This document shows, in pieces, positions 8,972 to 18,541 of a stretch of DNA of 64,000 nucleotides. A program made the translations under genes and the position numbers. Below the pieces are notes generated by a model, which had not been told where the DNA came from, did not search any database, and was given only the letters and a program-made list of their open reading frames with translations. The number at the start of each line of letters is the position of its first letter. The stretch's first letter is position 1. The DNA comes from an uncultured Clostridia bacterium. GTDB lineage: Bacteria; Bacillota; Clostridia; Christensenellales; UBA1242. The stretch lies in NCBI GenBank assembly GCA_944383405.1, contig CALWPL010000004.1, positions 64,276 to 128,275 of the forward strand. Direction: 5' to 3'.

Positions 8972-10978
8972 TTAATCCTTATTTTGATTTTCAACTAATT
9001 GAGATGGATGTTTTTTAAAGAAATCCTGTTTTGGCTCTAAAAATTTTGGAGTAAATTCTCCTTTACTTTCAACAAAATCATAAACAGGAGCATCTATTTT
9101 ATCCCAATTAAAAACACTTTTATCCAAAGTTAAAAATTCCGCCAATTTTTCAATAGATTTTGGTGCAATAGGATGTAAAAGTACCATAGCAATTTTTGAC
9201 ATATATAAGCAATCAACAATAGTCTGTTTTAATTTTTCTAAATTATCAGTATCACTATTTGCCAGCCAATATTTATGAATTCCCCTTATAAATGAATCTA
9301 ATTCATAAATAACCATGTGAAATTTTGTCTGCATCATAAGTTTTTCATATTTTAAAATAGTTTTTACACAATTTTTTGCAATCTCATCTTGCACTTGTCC
9401 ATAAGGGACTTTACCATTAAAGTACTTCTGCCAAGTGTAAAAAAGAGTTCTCAATATCTTATTATATACATTAGTTAGCAAATTCCCTTCCTTTACAACA
9501 ACATCAACTTCATTTGGAAGTGCATTAGGATTAAACTTTTTAGGCATAAAACTTGCCGAATTATTTCCCAAATTTAAACCTAAAAAATGAGATCTAAGTT
9601 GTTCTGCTGTATAATAATGTAATAATTCATCTGCCATTGGCGGCTTAATTTGTGAACTACTGCTTGCCTTTTGATTTAAAAATAGCAAATGTTTATTTGA
9701 GACAAGCGTACTTATTTGCAAATCTCCATCTTTAACAGTAATAGTTGGCTTCCCTTTTTGTAGGTTAAACCAGATAGCATGTTGTGCTGGCCCATAAAAA
9801 TATATATTGTCTTCTCCAATAAATTGATAAATTGAACAATCTTTACTACACCACCAGTCTTTCCAGTTATTAAATTTTCTTTGATGCAACTTTAAATATG
9901 TTTTTGTAAAAGAAATTGGTGCCCATAAACTCTCAGGCCATACCCAAAAGGTTAATTCCTTCTCATTTGGGACTGGAACACCCCATGGGATATTACCCGT
10001 AAGTCTAAATGGAACAAGTGTTTTTCCTGTCCTATACCTTATTTTATTTTCAGTTAAAATATCACAAGCAAGTTCTCTATCTTTAAGGCTTTCAAAATAA
10101 ATCGTTCTTGATGATTTATCATCAAATTTTAAATAAAAACTTGGCAACTTATCTTTTATTAGATTAAATTTATCGTCATATTCTTTTTTAATATATATTT
10201 CAGGTGTTTTTAAAAACTCTTTTATTTCTTTTGTAACATAAGGTCTTGTTACAGTATTTTTTTCTAGATAATCAACCCATTCAATAAGTAAATCCTTATT
10301 ATCTTCTAAATTAAAATACCAGTTCCCTATCTCCTTTAAAATAGGAGTGTTTCCAGTTAAAGTACTTATAGGATTTATAAGTTCTTTTGGCATATATTGA
10401 TGCCCTAAATCACAACCATCTGCATAAGCTTTTTCAGACTTACAATTTTCAAAAGGACATTTTCCAACAACCTGTCTACCATTTAAAAAAGTTTTTGCTT
10501 GCTCATCATAGAACTGAAGGCTATTTAGTTTAGTTAAAACATTATTCTTTTTTAAAGTCTCAAAAACATTCTTACTTGTCTCAAAATGAACTTCTTTTGC
10601 TGGCTCAAGACCTGATGCACCATAAAAATCAAGGTCAACTTCAAAATTTTTTAATGTAGTCTCTTGAAGATTATGATTAAATGTAATATAGTCTTCTATC
10701 GTCCCTTGAAAAGAGGATGATTCTTTTAGTTTTCTAAAACTCTCCATAATTGGAGAGCCATAACAATCAGTTCCAGAAACAAATAACACATTCTCTCTAC
10801 CTATTCTATCTCTCATAAACCTTGCAAAAACATCTGCATGAATAAATAATCCGCCGACATGTCCACAATGCAAAGATTTGTTCCCATAAGGCATGCCAGA
10901 AGTAATCATAACTCTTTTTGGCATTTTAGGTCTATTTTCAATCATTTTTGCCAGTATTTCATCATTAAAATTATTCAT
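8972..10978 (-). CDS. metG: methionine--tRNA ligase (eukaryote/archaeal-like MetRS type)
   Basis: ITSGMPYGNKSLHCGHVGG (HIGH-type motif) resembles ITSALPYVNNVPHLGN of cytosolic MetRS. Cys knuckle GKCPFENCKSEKAYADGCDLGH. The KMSKS position reads KASSS. The ATG at 10978 has a GAGGT SD; an alternative ATG lies at 10990. Confidence 0.7.
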   Translation of the reverse strand: MNNFNDEILAKMIENRPKMPKRVMITSGMPYGNKSLHCGHVGGLFIHADVFARFMRDRIGRENVLFVSGTDCYGSPIMESFRKLKESSSFQGTIEDYITFNHNLQETTLKNFEVDLDFYGASGLEPAKEVHFETSKNVFETLKKNNVLTKLNSLQFYDEQAKTFLNGRQVVGKCPFENCKSEKAYADGCDLGHQYMPKELINPISTLTGNTPILKEIGNWYFNLEDNKDLLIEWVDYLEKNTVTRPYVTKEIKEFLKTPEIYIKKEYDDKFNLIKDKLPSFYLKFDDKSSRTIYFESLKDRELACDILTENKIRYRTGKTLVPFRLTGNIPWGVPVPNEKELTFWVWPESLWAPISFTKTYLKLHQRKFNNWKDWWCSKDCSIYQFIGEDNIYFYGPAQHAIWFNLQKGKPTITVKDGDLQISTLVSNKHLLFLNQKASSSSQIKPPMADELLHYYTAEQLRSHFLGLNLGNNSASFMPKKFNPNALPNEVDVVVKEGNLLTNVYNKILRTLFYTWQKYFNGKVPYGQVQDEIAKNCVKTILKYEKLMMQTKFHMVIYELDSFIRGIHKYWLANSDTDNLEKLKQTIVDCLYMSKIAMVLLHPIAPKSIEKLAEFLTLDKSVFNWDKIDAPVYDFVESKGEFTPKFLEPKQDFFKKHPSQLVENQNKD

Positions 10979-11261
10979 CTTTAACCTCATAATAAGAAAT
11001 TAATTTTTAAAAATGTTATTAAAATTTTATTCAATTTAATAAAGTAAAAGTCAAAGTATTAAGGTAATGGTAAAATATTAAAAAGTATTTTTAAAATTTT
11101 ACTAAAAAAATTTTATTTATTTTTATATATATTATTTTAAAATTAAATTCAAAAGCCAAATAAACATATAAGTAGAATAAAGTTTTAAAATTATATAAAT
11201 ATAAAATTTTCTTCCGTTAAATTTTAATCTTTTTCATAACTTTTGTCTAGCAAAAAGTAAC

Positions 11262-11290
11262 AAAAAAAGAACTACCTTTAAAAGTAGTTC
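11262..11290 (-). terminator. intrinsic terminator after rpmB
   Basis: On the minus strand: GAACTAC-ttttaaag-GTAGTTC followed by T7. Confidence 0.8.
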
Positions 11291-11314
11291 TAGAACACAA
11301 ATCCATGTAAAAAA

Positions 11315-11512
11315 CTAAGCCCTAACAACATCTTTACTTTTTAAACATTTTGTACAAACATATTTTTTCTTTGGATTTCCGTTTTCAAGAACGGTTACTT
11401 TTTGAATATTTGCCTTTTTGTGTGTTAAAGTTCTTCTTGTTAATTGTGAACTTCTATAACTTAAATTACTGGCTCTCATTTGATCCTTGCCACAAATTTC
11501 ACACTTCGCCAT
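11315..11512 (-). CDS. rpmB: 50S ribosomal protein L28
   Basis: 65 aa, MAKCEICGK...YVCTKCLKS (Zn-ribbon form of L28). Confidence 0.95.
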   Translation of the reverse strand: MAKCEICGKDQMRASNLSYRSSQLTRRTLTHKKANIQKVTVLENGNPKKKYVCTKCLKSKDVVRA

Positions 11513-11601
11513 TTTTCTATCTCCTTAAAATTTCTACTTGAATATTATACACTATAATAAGCAAATGTCAACAAAAACTATAAAATTTATTTTAAATTCT
11601 A

Positions 11602-11630
11602 TTTACATTAATTTTATTTTTTGTTAGAAT
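11602..11630 (+). promoter_or_regulatory. sigma-A type promoter for tRNA-Thr
   Basis: TTTACA (11602-11607), 17 nt spacer, TGt-TAGAAT (11625-11630). It lies about 14 nt upstream of the tRNA. Confidence 0.5.
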
Positions 11631-11644
11631 AACATTGTTATTTT

Positions 11645-11720
11645 GCTACTGTGGCTCAGTTGGTAGAGCAATTGATTCGTAATCAATAGGTCGGCGGTTC
11701 GAGTCCGCCCAGTAGCTCCA
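11645..11720 (+). tRNA. tRNA-Thr (anticodon CGT), CCA encoded
   Basis: Acceptor GCTACTG/CAGTAGC, anticodon arm ATTGA-TTCGTAA-TCAAT, T-arm GGCGG-TTCGAGT-CCGCC, then T-CCA. Confidence 0.9.
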
Positions 11721-11723
11721 TTC

Positions 11724-11756
11724 AAAAGACCTTGTATATTTAAGGTCTTTTATTTT
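11724..11756. terminator. bidirectional terminator (tRNA-Thr / S1-domain gene)
   Basis: 9-bp stem AAAGACCTT / AAGGTCTTT (11725-11733 / 11742-11750), followed by TATTTT on plus and TTTTG on minus. It overlaps the stop codon of the convergent S1 gene. Confidence 0.7.
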
Positions 11757-12844
11757 ATAGTTTTTGATTGCTCTGCAAGTTTAATAATTTCCGGTTCTTC
11801 CTGCATTGCTTTTAAACTAAGTGAAACTTTATTGTGTTCTAAATCAATATCAACTATTTTAAGGTCTAATTTTTGACCTACTTTTGCTACTTCGTAAATG
11901 TTTTTTACATAATAATGTGATGCTTCCTTAATATGTAGTAAACCTTCAATATTATCACCAAATTTTATGACAGCCCCAAAAGGTAAAATCTTTACGACTT
12001 CGCCATTAATAACTTCTCCAATTTTCAGATTCTTTATCTTTTGTGTAAGTGGATTCTCTTGCAAAACTTTATAACTAAGCGATACTTTTTTGTTCTCTCT
12101 ATCAATTTTTATAACTCTAAAATCATAATTCTTTCCAAGTTCCAACACATCACTTGCCTTTTTGTCTTTTTCGTAACTGGCTTCACTATTATGTAGTAGA
12201 CAATCAACTCCATTTACATCTACAAAAGCCCCAAAATCAACAAACCTAACTACTTTACCGCTAACAATTTTGTTTTCAAAAGTTGAATTAAAGAATGCTG
12301 TTTCTGCATCAAGTTTTGTTTTTTCCTCATACGCTTTAATAGATGCAATAATTTTCATTCTCATTAAATCTATCTCAAGAACAGTCGCTTTGAACTGCTT
12401 ATTTACATAATTTTGCAAATTATTATCAACTTTTGTACAAGATATTTGACTAAATGGCACGAAAACTTCAAAGGAGCCAAGCTTTGAAATAAGTCCTGAT
12501 TTCCCAGACGATACAATTATAATTTCACAAACATCTCCCACTTTTAATCCGCTTACAAGTTCATTACCTTTTCTTATCGAGTCTGCTTTTTCTTTAGATA
12601 AAATAATAGCCCCACTCTCATCTTTTGTACTAATAATTATAGCCTCAAACTCATCGCCTACTTTTACATTTTCAATAGCCTTATTTTCTTCTTCTGAATA
12701 TGGAATAAGCCCATCTTTTTTCCCACCAATATTAACAAGTAGCCCACTTTTTAACTTTGCTATAACCTTAGCATTTAATTTTGCACCAATCTTGAATCTT
12801 GTAAATGTTTTATCAATACTTTCTAAATCAAATTTTTCATCCAT
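11750..12844 (-). CDS. rpsA: S1 RNA-binding domain protein (30S ribosomal protein S1 homologue, 4 S1 repeats)
   Basis: 364 aa with four repeats of the S1 pattern (G..V.G.V......G..V..G...GL.H.SE). Confidence 0.75.
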   Translation of the reverse strand: MDEKFDLESIDKTFTRFKIGAKLNAKVIAKLKSGLLVNIGGKKDGLIPYSEEENKAIENVKVGDEFEAIIISTKDESGAIILSKEKADSIRKGNELVSGLKVGDVCEIIIVSSGKSGLISKLGSFEVFVPFSQISCTKVDNNLQNYVNKQFKATVLEIDLMRMKIIASIKAYEEKTKLDAETAFFNSTFENKIVSGKVVRFVDFGAFVDVNGVDCLLHNSEASYEKDKKASDVLELGKNYDFRVIKIDRENKKVSLSYKVLQENPLTQKIKNLKIGEVINGEVVKILPFGAVIKFGDNIEGLLHIKEASHYYVKNIYEVAKVGQKLDLKIVDIDLEHNKVSLSLKAMQEEPEIIKLAEQSKTIK

Positions 12845-13039
12845 TTTTTCTACTCAAATCTCCTAATATAATGTGTTGACAAAAATTTTATATGAATTTA
12901 TTTTAATTCTATATTTTTTCCACAATTCACTTACTGCCCTTTACTTGTAAGTTTTGTAACAAAACATAAACTCTTATTTCATTAAAATTTCATTAAACAA
13001 AGTTATTATAACAAAAACTTTTAAAAAATAAAACAAAAA

Positions 13040-13705
13040 TCAACTATTTTTAGGCTTATTTCTCCTTTTTTGCCTTTTAAGTTCTTTGACTAATTTTTTT
13101 TCATTAATATATTTTTGATAAGATTCATTTAAATCAACCATTTTTGATTTCAACACTTCATCTGCCTTATCTAAATTTTCTTTGTCTAATTTACAATTAT
13201 AAAATTCATCTAATTCAAATGGCTTGCCAATTAAAATTGTATTTTTCCTAAAAGGTTTTTGTTTGTTTACAATAAAGCAAGGTAATATTGGAGTTTTAGT
13301 TTTAATAGATAAAAAAGAAGCGCCACCTTTTATTTCATCATTTTCATCTAAATGTTCTCGTCTAGTACCTTCTGGGAATATTGCAATATTCTCTCCATTT
13401 TTAATTATTGCAAAAATTTCTTTTAATTGAGATAAAGTAAAACCCTTTGACCTATCTACTGGAATTGCCCCTAAAATATTTTTAAATAAAAAAGAATTGA
13501 GTTTTTTTTCAAAAAGTTCTTTTTTTGCTATAAATCTATTTTTTTTATGAAATGCATAATCTAATATTACTGGGTCAAAAGCACTTTGATGATTACAAGA
13601 AATTATATAATTTCTTTTTTTATCATAATTTTCTTTACCAATAATTTTGAAAGGCGAAATAATTTTAACAGGCAAATAAATTAAACCATATACAAACCAA
13701 AACAT
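13040..13705 (-). CDS. plsC: 1-acyl-sn-glycerol-3-phosphate acyltransferase
   Basis: NHQSAFDP (HX4D) and FPEGTR motifs; 221 aa. Confidence 0.85.
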   Translation of the reverse strand: MFWFVYGLIYLPVKIISPFKIIGKENYDKKRNYIISCNHQSAFDPVILDYAFHKKNRFIAKKELFEKKLNSFLFKNILGAIPVDRSKGFTLSQLKEIFAIIKNGENIAIFPEGTRREHLDENDEIKGGASFLSIKTKTPILPCFIVNKQKPFRKNTILIGKPFELDEFYNCKLDKENLDKADEVLKSKMVDLNESYQKYINEKKLVKELKRQKRRNKPKNS

Positions 13706-13717
13706 GAAAACTCCTTT

Positions 13718-14938
13718 CTAAACTAAATTACATAAATATTTTCCCGCCGCATACCCTGTTGACAAAGCAATTTGGATATTAAAGCCACCAGTAAAAGCAT
13801 CAACATCTAGGACTTCTCCAATAAAAAATAAATTTTTTACTAATTTACTTTCCATATTCTTTGGATTAATTTCCTTAACATTTATTCCACCGCTAGTGAT
13901 TATAGCATAATCAAACCCTGCAAGTCCAGTTATAGTGTATTTAAAATTTTTTAATAAATTAGCAATTTTTTCACGAAGGGATTTAGTAATAGTGCAAACC
14001 TTTTGGTCTTTATCAAAATTGCCTTTTTTTATAAACTCATCTATAAGGCTACTTGGCAAAAGATTTTTTAAATAATTTTTTAACGACTTCGATTTAAATT
14101 CTGAAAAATCCTTTATTAATCTTTCATTTATCATTTCATAACTTAATGCAGGTTTTAAGTCAATGATTAACTCTGAACCCTTTAAATCTAATCTATTAAT
14201 TAAACTACTTAATTTTAAAACAACTGGGCCACTTACTCCATTATGAGTAAAAAGCATTTCGCCAAATTGCTCAAACTTTTTGTTATTTATATTAATTATT
14301 AAATTAATATTTTTAAGAGTTAGTCCAGATAAAGAGCCATCATAATCTTTTAAAACAATAGGAACCAATGCTGGCTTTGTCTCAATAATTGAATGTTTAA
14401 ATTCTTCTGCAAATTTATACCCATCCCCTGTTGAGCCAGTTGAAGAGTAAGATTTCCCGCCAGTTGCAATAACAACAGCATCGCAAACAATATTTTGCTT
14501 AGAAGTTTTAACGCAAAACATCCTATTGTCTTTTTTTACATCTAAAACTTTTTCATTTAAACATATTTTTACCTTTTGTTTATTAAGTAACCTATAAAAA
14601 GTTTTAGTAATATCACTTGCTTTGTCTGATTTTGGAAAGACCCTATTCCCTCTTTCAACTTTTAAATGAGTTCTATTTTTTTCAAAAAAATCCATTGTTG
14701 CTTGCGGAGAAAATGTATTTATTGCTGAATATAAAAATTTAGAATTATTAACAACATTTTTTAAAAAATTATCCGCATCAATCAAATTTGTTACATTACA
14801 CCGCCCCTTGCCTGTAATATATAACTTTTTACCAAGTTTTTCATTTGACTCAAGTAATATTATTTCATTAGCCCCTTGTGAGCATTGATAAGCACACATA
14901 AGTCCAGATGGTCCGCCACCAATTATAACTATTTTCAT
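13718..14938 (-). CDS. NAD(P)/FAD-dependent oxidoreductase, HI0933/BaiN-like flavoprotein
   Basis: N-terminal IIGGGPSGL dinucleotide motif, TGKGRCNVTN, GGKSYSSTGSTGDGY, and C-terminal GEVLDVDAFTGGFNIQIA. Confidence 0.8.
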   Translation of the reverse strand: MKIVIIGGGPSGLMCAYQCSQGANEIILLESNEKLGKKLYITGKGRCNVTNLIDADNFLKNVVNNSKFLYSAINTFSPQATMDFFEKNRTHLKVERGNRVFPKSDKASDITKTFYRLLNKQKVKICLNEKVLDVKKDNRMFCVKTSKQNIVCDAVVIATGGKSYSSTGSTGDGYKFAEEFKHSIIETKPALVPIVLKDYDGSLSGLTLKNINLIININNKKFEQFGEMLFTHNGVSGPVVLKLSSLINRLDLKGSELIIDLKPALSYEMINERLIKDFSEFKSKSLKNYLKNLLPSSLIDEFIKKGNFDKDQKVCTITKSLREKIANLLKNFKYTITGLAGFDYAIITSGGINVKEINPKNMESKLVKNLFFIGEVLDVDAFTGGFNIQIALSTGYAAGKYLCNLV

Positions 14939-14978
14939 GATATAAATTATACCAAACTAAAAAAAATATTCAAGCAAT

Positions 14979-15695
14979 TTAATTGTTTATAAGAGATTTT
15001 AAAAAAGAAATTTCATGCTCTTTAAGGGGTCGTATTTCTCCTCTTTTTAAACCACCCAACCTAATTCCCCCTATCTCAACACGCTTTAAAAATAAAACTT
15101 CTTTACCAATAGCTTCAAACATTCTTCTAATCTCTCTATTTTTACCTTCATTTAATATTATTTCAAGTTTTGAAATATTATTTTCAAAAGAAAGTAATTT
15201 TATCTTACACTTACTATACCTAATCTTATCTATTACAACCCCTGCTCTGAGTACAGCAAGTTCACTCTCTTTCATCTCCCCATTAACTTTTACAATATAT
15301 TTTTTCTCAATGTTAAACTTTGGATGAGTTAATTTATAGGTTAAATCTCCATCGTTAGTTAATAACAAAAGACCTTCACTATAATAATCGAGCCTTCCAA
15401 CTGGAAAAACCCTTTTATCAATGCCATCAATTAAATCTAAAATTGATTTTCTATTCCTGTCGTCATTCATAGTCGTTACATAGCCTTTGGGTTTATTTAG
15501 CATATAGTAAATATATTCTGCTGTAGGTTGAATTCTTTGACCACTTATAGTAACAATATCTCTGTTAGTATCAATATTTGTTGCCAAATTTGTTACAACT
15601 TTGTCATTAACTTTTACAACTCCATTTTTTATATACTCTTCTGCTTTTCTTCTTGAACATACACCACTTTCGGCTAAATACTTATTTATTCTCAT
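14979..15695 (-). CDS. rluB: pseudouridine synthase, RsuA/RluB family
   Basis: S4 domain (MRINKYLAESGVCSRRKAEEYI), catalytic GRLDYYSEGLLLLTNDG, KNREIRRM. Confidence 0.85.
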   Translation of the reverse strand: MRINKYLAESGVCSRRKAEEYIKNGVVKVNDKVVTNLATNIDTNRDIVTISGQRIQPTAEYIYYMLNKPKGYVTTMNDDRNRKSILDLIDGIDKRVFPVGRLDYYSEGLLLLTNDGDLTYKLTHPKFNIEKKYIVKVNGEMKESELAVLRAGVVIDKIRYSKCKIKLLSFENNISKLEIILNEGKNREIRRMFEAIGKEVLFLKRVEIGGIRLGGLKRGEIRPLKEHEISFLKSLINN

Positions 15696-15696
15696 C

Positions 15697-16854
15697 TTAC
15701 CACTTTTCCAATATATCTTTCAGTTTGTCAACGGGTTCTATCCCTTCAACTCTTTCAATACTACACAAACTTTCAGTAAAAATCAAGGAATTATTATAAT
15801 AAACTTTAACTTCACCTATTTTCTGGTCCTTTTCAATTGGTGCTTTGACTACTTTGTCATAGTCGTATTCAACTGTGTACTTTGCGACATCTTCTTCTTT
15901 TGCAACAACGCTATAACCTTCTTTATTATATAACCTTAATGTAGATGATTTTCCATCTTCAACCACTACATCGCTAACAAATTTATAACTTGGTAAAATT
16001 TCATAAAGCTTATATTTCTTAAACGCCTTGTTGATAAGGTCGCTACTCTCTTCAAACATCGGACCACAATTTAACACCACGCATACCACCTGCATACCAT
16101 CTCTTTCTGCTGCTGAAACAAGACATCTTCCTGATTTTTTTGTATATCCTGTTTTTACCCCAATACATCCTTCAAGACTAGATAATAATTTGTTTTTATT
16201 TATAAGTGTTCTAGCAGTATTATTTTCCGTTGCCTTTATAATATATTTTTTAGTTGATACAATTTCTTTAAAAACTGGGTTTTTCAAAGCATAACTTGTT
16301 ATTTTTGCTAAATCATATGCTGTTGTATAATGGTCTTTGTTGTCAAGTCCATGTGGTGTTACAAAATTACTATTTTCTGCCCCACACTTTTTTGCAGTCT
16401 CATTCATTAATTCTGCAAATCTTGTCATATATCCTTCTCCAACTTCAAGGGCAAGTGTTTCTGCTGCATCATTACCTGATTGTAACATTAACCCATACAA
16501 TAATTGTTTAACAGTTAATTTTTCATTTTCCCTTAAATAAATTGAACTCCCCTCAACAAGAGTAGCGCTCTTTGGTACTGTTACAAGTTTTTCTAAATCA
16601 TCACAATTTTCAATAACAGTTAAAGCAGTAACAATTTTTGTTGTACTTGCCATAGGCAACTTTTCATTCTCATTTTTACTATATAAAACCTTATCATGTA
16701 AAGTCTCTAAAACTATCATTGACTTTGCAGAAGTCAGCCACTCTTTTGAATAAAATTCTGCAGTTGTCTTTGCAAATACTCCTGTTATTAAAAAACTAGA
16801 TAAAAGAAGCATTAATAACAAAACACTACATAAACAAATTACTTTTTTTCTCAT
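15697..16854 (-). CDS. D-alanyl-D-alanine carboxypeptidase (PBP5 family)
   Basis: Signal peptide, SxxK (MASTTK), SGN (QSGNDAA) and KTG (VKTGYT) motifs, plus a C-terminal PBP5_C-like domain. Confidence 0.85.
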   Translation of the reverse strand: MRKKVICLCSVLLLMLLLSSFLITGVFAKTTAEFYSKEWLTSAKSMIVLETLHDKVLYSKNENEKLPMASTTKIVTALTVIENCDDLEKLVTVPKSATLVEGSSIYLRENEKLTVKQLLYGLMLQSGNDAAETLALEVGEGYMTRFAELMNETAKKCGAENSNFVTPHGLDNKDHYTTAYDLAKITSYALKNPVFKEIVSTKKYIIKATENNTARTLINKNKLLSSLEGCIGVKTGYTKKSGRCLVSAAERDGMQVVCVVLNCGPMFEESSDLINKAFKKYKLYEILPSYKFVSDVVVEDGKSSTLRLYNKEGYSVVAKEEDVAKYTVEYDYDKVVKAPIEKDQKIGEVKVYYNNSLIFTESLCSIERVEGIEPVDKLKDILEKW

Positions 16855-16872
16855 ATTGCTTTCTCCTTTAAT

Positions 16873-17232
16873 CTATTTTATTGACTTTACAAATTCACTA
16901 GCAATATCAATAACTTTTTCAATATTACTTTCACAATCTACTTTTATAAACCTAACATTGTCTTTAATAATTACCAAAAAACCAATAGGCGTAATATTGC
17001 AACCGCCGCCACTACCACCTGCGAACGGATAATTAACTTCACACTTTTTCTTTTTTTGATTATTATACTCCCCACCACCACTCACAAAACCAAGTGAAAC
17101 CTTTGATATAGGTATTATAGTAGTGTCTTTCTCTGTAATTGGTTTTCCAATTATTGAATCAACATCAATAATTGACTTTAAATTCTTTAATGTTTCTTCT
17201 AAAACATCTTCAACTGGCTTTTTTACTTCCAT
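16873..17232 (-). CDS. ytfJ: sporulation protein YtfJ (GerW family)
   Basis: 119 aa with IIPISKVSLGFVSGGGEY and GGSGGGCNITPIGFLVI, typical of YtfJ/GerW. Confidence 0.8.
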   Translation of the reverse strand: MEVKKPVEDVLEETLKNLKSIIDVDSIIGKPITEKDTTIIPISKVSLGFVSGGGEYNNQKKKKCEVNYPFAGGSGGGCNITPIGFLVIIKDNVRFIKVDCESNIEKVIDIASEFVKSIK

Positions 17233-17785
17233 TTCGTTTTCCCTCTCTTATAATTATTTTTACAATACTAACCATCGCACAATATATTATTAGAAATAAA
17301 TTCAAAGTTATACTCCCTGTAAAACAAATTAAAAATCTATTATATAAAAAATCTGGAAAAACTTGAATGCATGAATCAAAAACTTTCTTTTTATTCATAA
17401 TTAGTACCATCATTAAAGATGATAAAAAAGTTATAGTTCCACTTCCAATACAAGACAGCATACTATCTTGCATCAATCCAAATTTAGAAAATAATCTAAA
17501 ATTTTTAATTTTAAGCCTTTTAAATATTTCTTTTAAAAAAAATTCAGAAAATGAATATTGCTCTTCCTTTTTAAACATATCAAAAGAAGTCTTTATTTTT
17601 TTACTCTCAATTAAAACCTTAAAAGGTATAATTCTTAAATTGGCAAGAAATAATCTTATTTTGTAATAATAAATGCAAAGATAGCCACTATTGTTCAATA
17701 TATTATAAATTATCTTTCCTTTTAGATTTATAGGAAAGAATAAAATAAAAATAATTACAAAAAAAAGTATGAAAAACAACTTCAT
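17210..17785 (-). CDS. membrane protein, positional equivalent of YtfI (DUF2953-like)
   Basis: 191 aa and hydrophobic. It lies immediately upstream of ytfJ and overlaps it, as in the B. subtilis ytfI-ytfJ pair. The family assignment is tentative. Confidence 0.4.
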   Translation of the reverse strand: MKLFFILFFVIIFILFFPINLKGKIIYNILNNSGYLCIYYYKIRLFLANLRIIPFKVLIESKKIKTSFDMFKKEEQYSFSEFFLKEIFKRLKIKNFRLFSKFGLMQDSMLSCIGSGTITFLSSLMMVLIMNKKKVFDSCIQVFPDFLYNRFLICFTGSITLNLFLIIYCAMVSIVKIIIREGKRNGSKKAS

Positions 17786-17838
17786 ACTCTTATTTTTTGT
17801 TATATGCCTAGAAATTATTTATAAAATCTTAAAAATTT

Positions 17839-18399
17839 TTAAATCCTACCCTTATAATGCCTCATACCATCAAGAATTTTATAAGTATAATTTTTAGTAA
17901 CATTATATGGTATGTCAAGAAGCAAAATTCCATCATCGCTAAGCTCTCTATCTTTAAGCCACATTGAAACAGTTGTTTCCCCTGCATTATACGCTGAAAG
18001 ACAAACTTTTTTGTCTGAAAATTTTTCCTTTAAATAACTAAGATAATAGCAACCATACCTAATATTTGTTTCTTCATCAAAAAGTTTTTCAGTAGAGTAA
18101 TTTTCATCTCCTAGTTTCTTTGCTATATATTCTCCCGTACTTGGTAAAATCTGCATTAAGCCTATTGCTCCATTTTTTGATATTGCCTTACTATTATAAC
18201 TACTCTCTTCATTTATAACACTTGCAACAAGTTCTCTTTCAAGAGAGTACTTATCAGCATATTTTATGATATAATCTTTATATTTTATAGGATATTTTAT
18301 ATTATAAAAAGTAGTTATTCCAATAACTATAAGAAAAATTGCAATAAAAAAAGCAATAAAATATATAACCTTATTTTGTTTTTTTACCTTTTCTTTCAT
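17839..18399 (-). CDS. lytic transglycosylase (SLT domain), membrane anchored
   Basis: N-terminal TM, catalytic region VINEESSYNSKAISKNGAIGLMQILPSTG, and AYNAG. Confidence 0.85.
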   Translation of the reverse strand: MKEKVKKQNKVIYFIAFFIAIFLIVIGITTFYNIKYPIKYKDYIIKYADKYSLERELVASVINEESSYNSKAISKNGAIGLMQILPSTGEYIAKKLGDENYSTEKLFDEETNIRYGCYYLSYLKEKFSDKKVCLSAYNAGETTVSMWLKDRELSDDGILLLDIPYNVTKNYTYKILDGMRHYKGRI

Positions 18400-18541
18400 A
18401 TATATATTTTATGCCTTCTTTAAATATTTATTAGTTTTTATAAATAAAAATTCTAAAATTCCGTTTTTATTTTAATTTGCTCATTTTTTTGTAAAATAAA
18501 GAGAAATTTATAAAACAACTTTTTTTTATAAATTTTAAAAA

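Noticed and set aside
10979-11314. T-box leaders upstream of metG, and likewise upstream of aspS (29489-29600) and proS (54999-55012)
   Set aside because: There is no GGUGGUACC-type T-box sequence, AGAGA box or terminator/antiterminator pair. aspS has a short leader behind a plain promoter, and proS has only a 14-nt gap after xseB.
18504-18535. 12-bp AT-only inverted repeat (AAATTTATAAAA / TTTTATAAATTT) downstream of polA as a terminator
   Set aside because: The stem has no G-C pairs and no proper U-tract on the relevant strand, so the hairpin would be very unstable.
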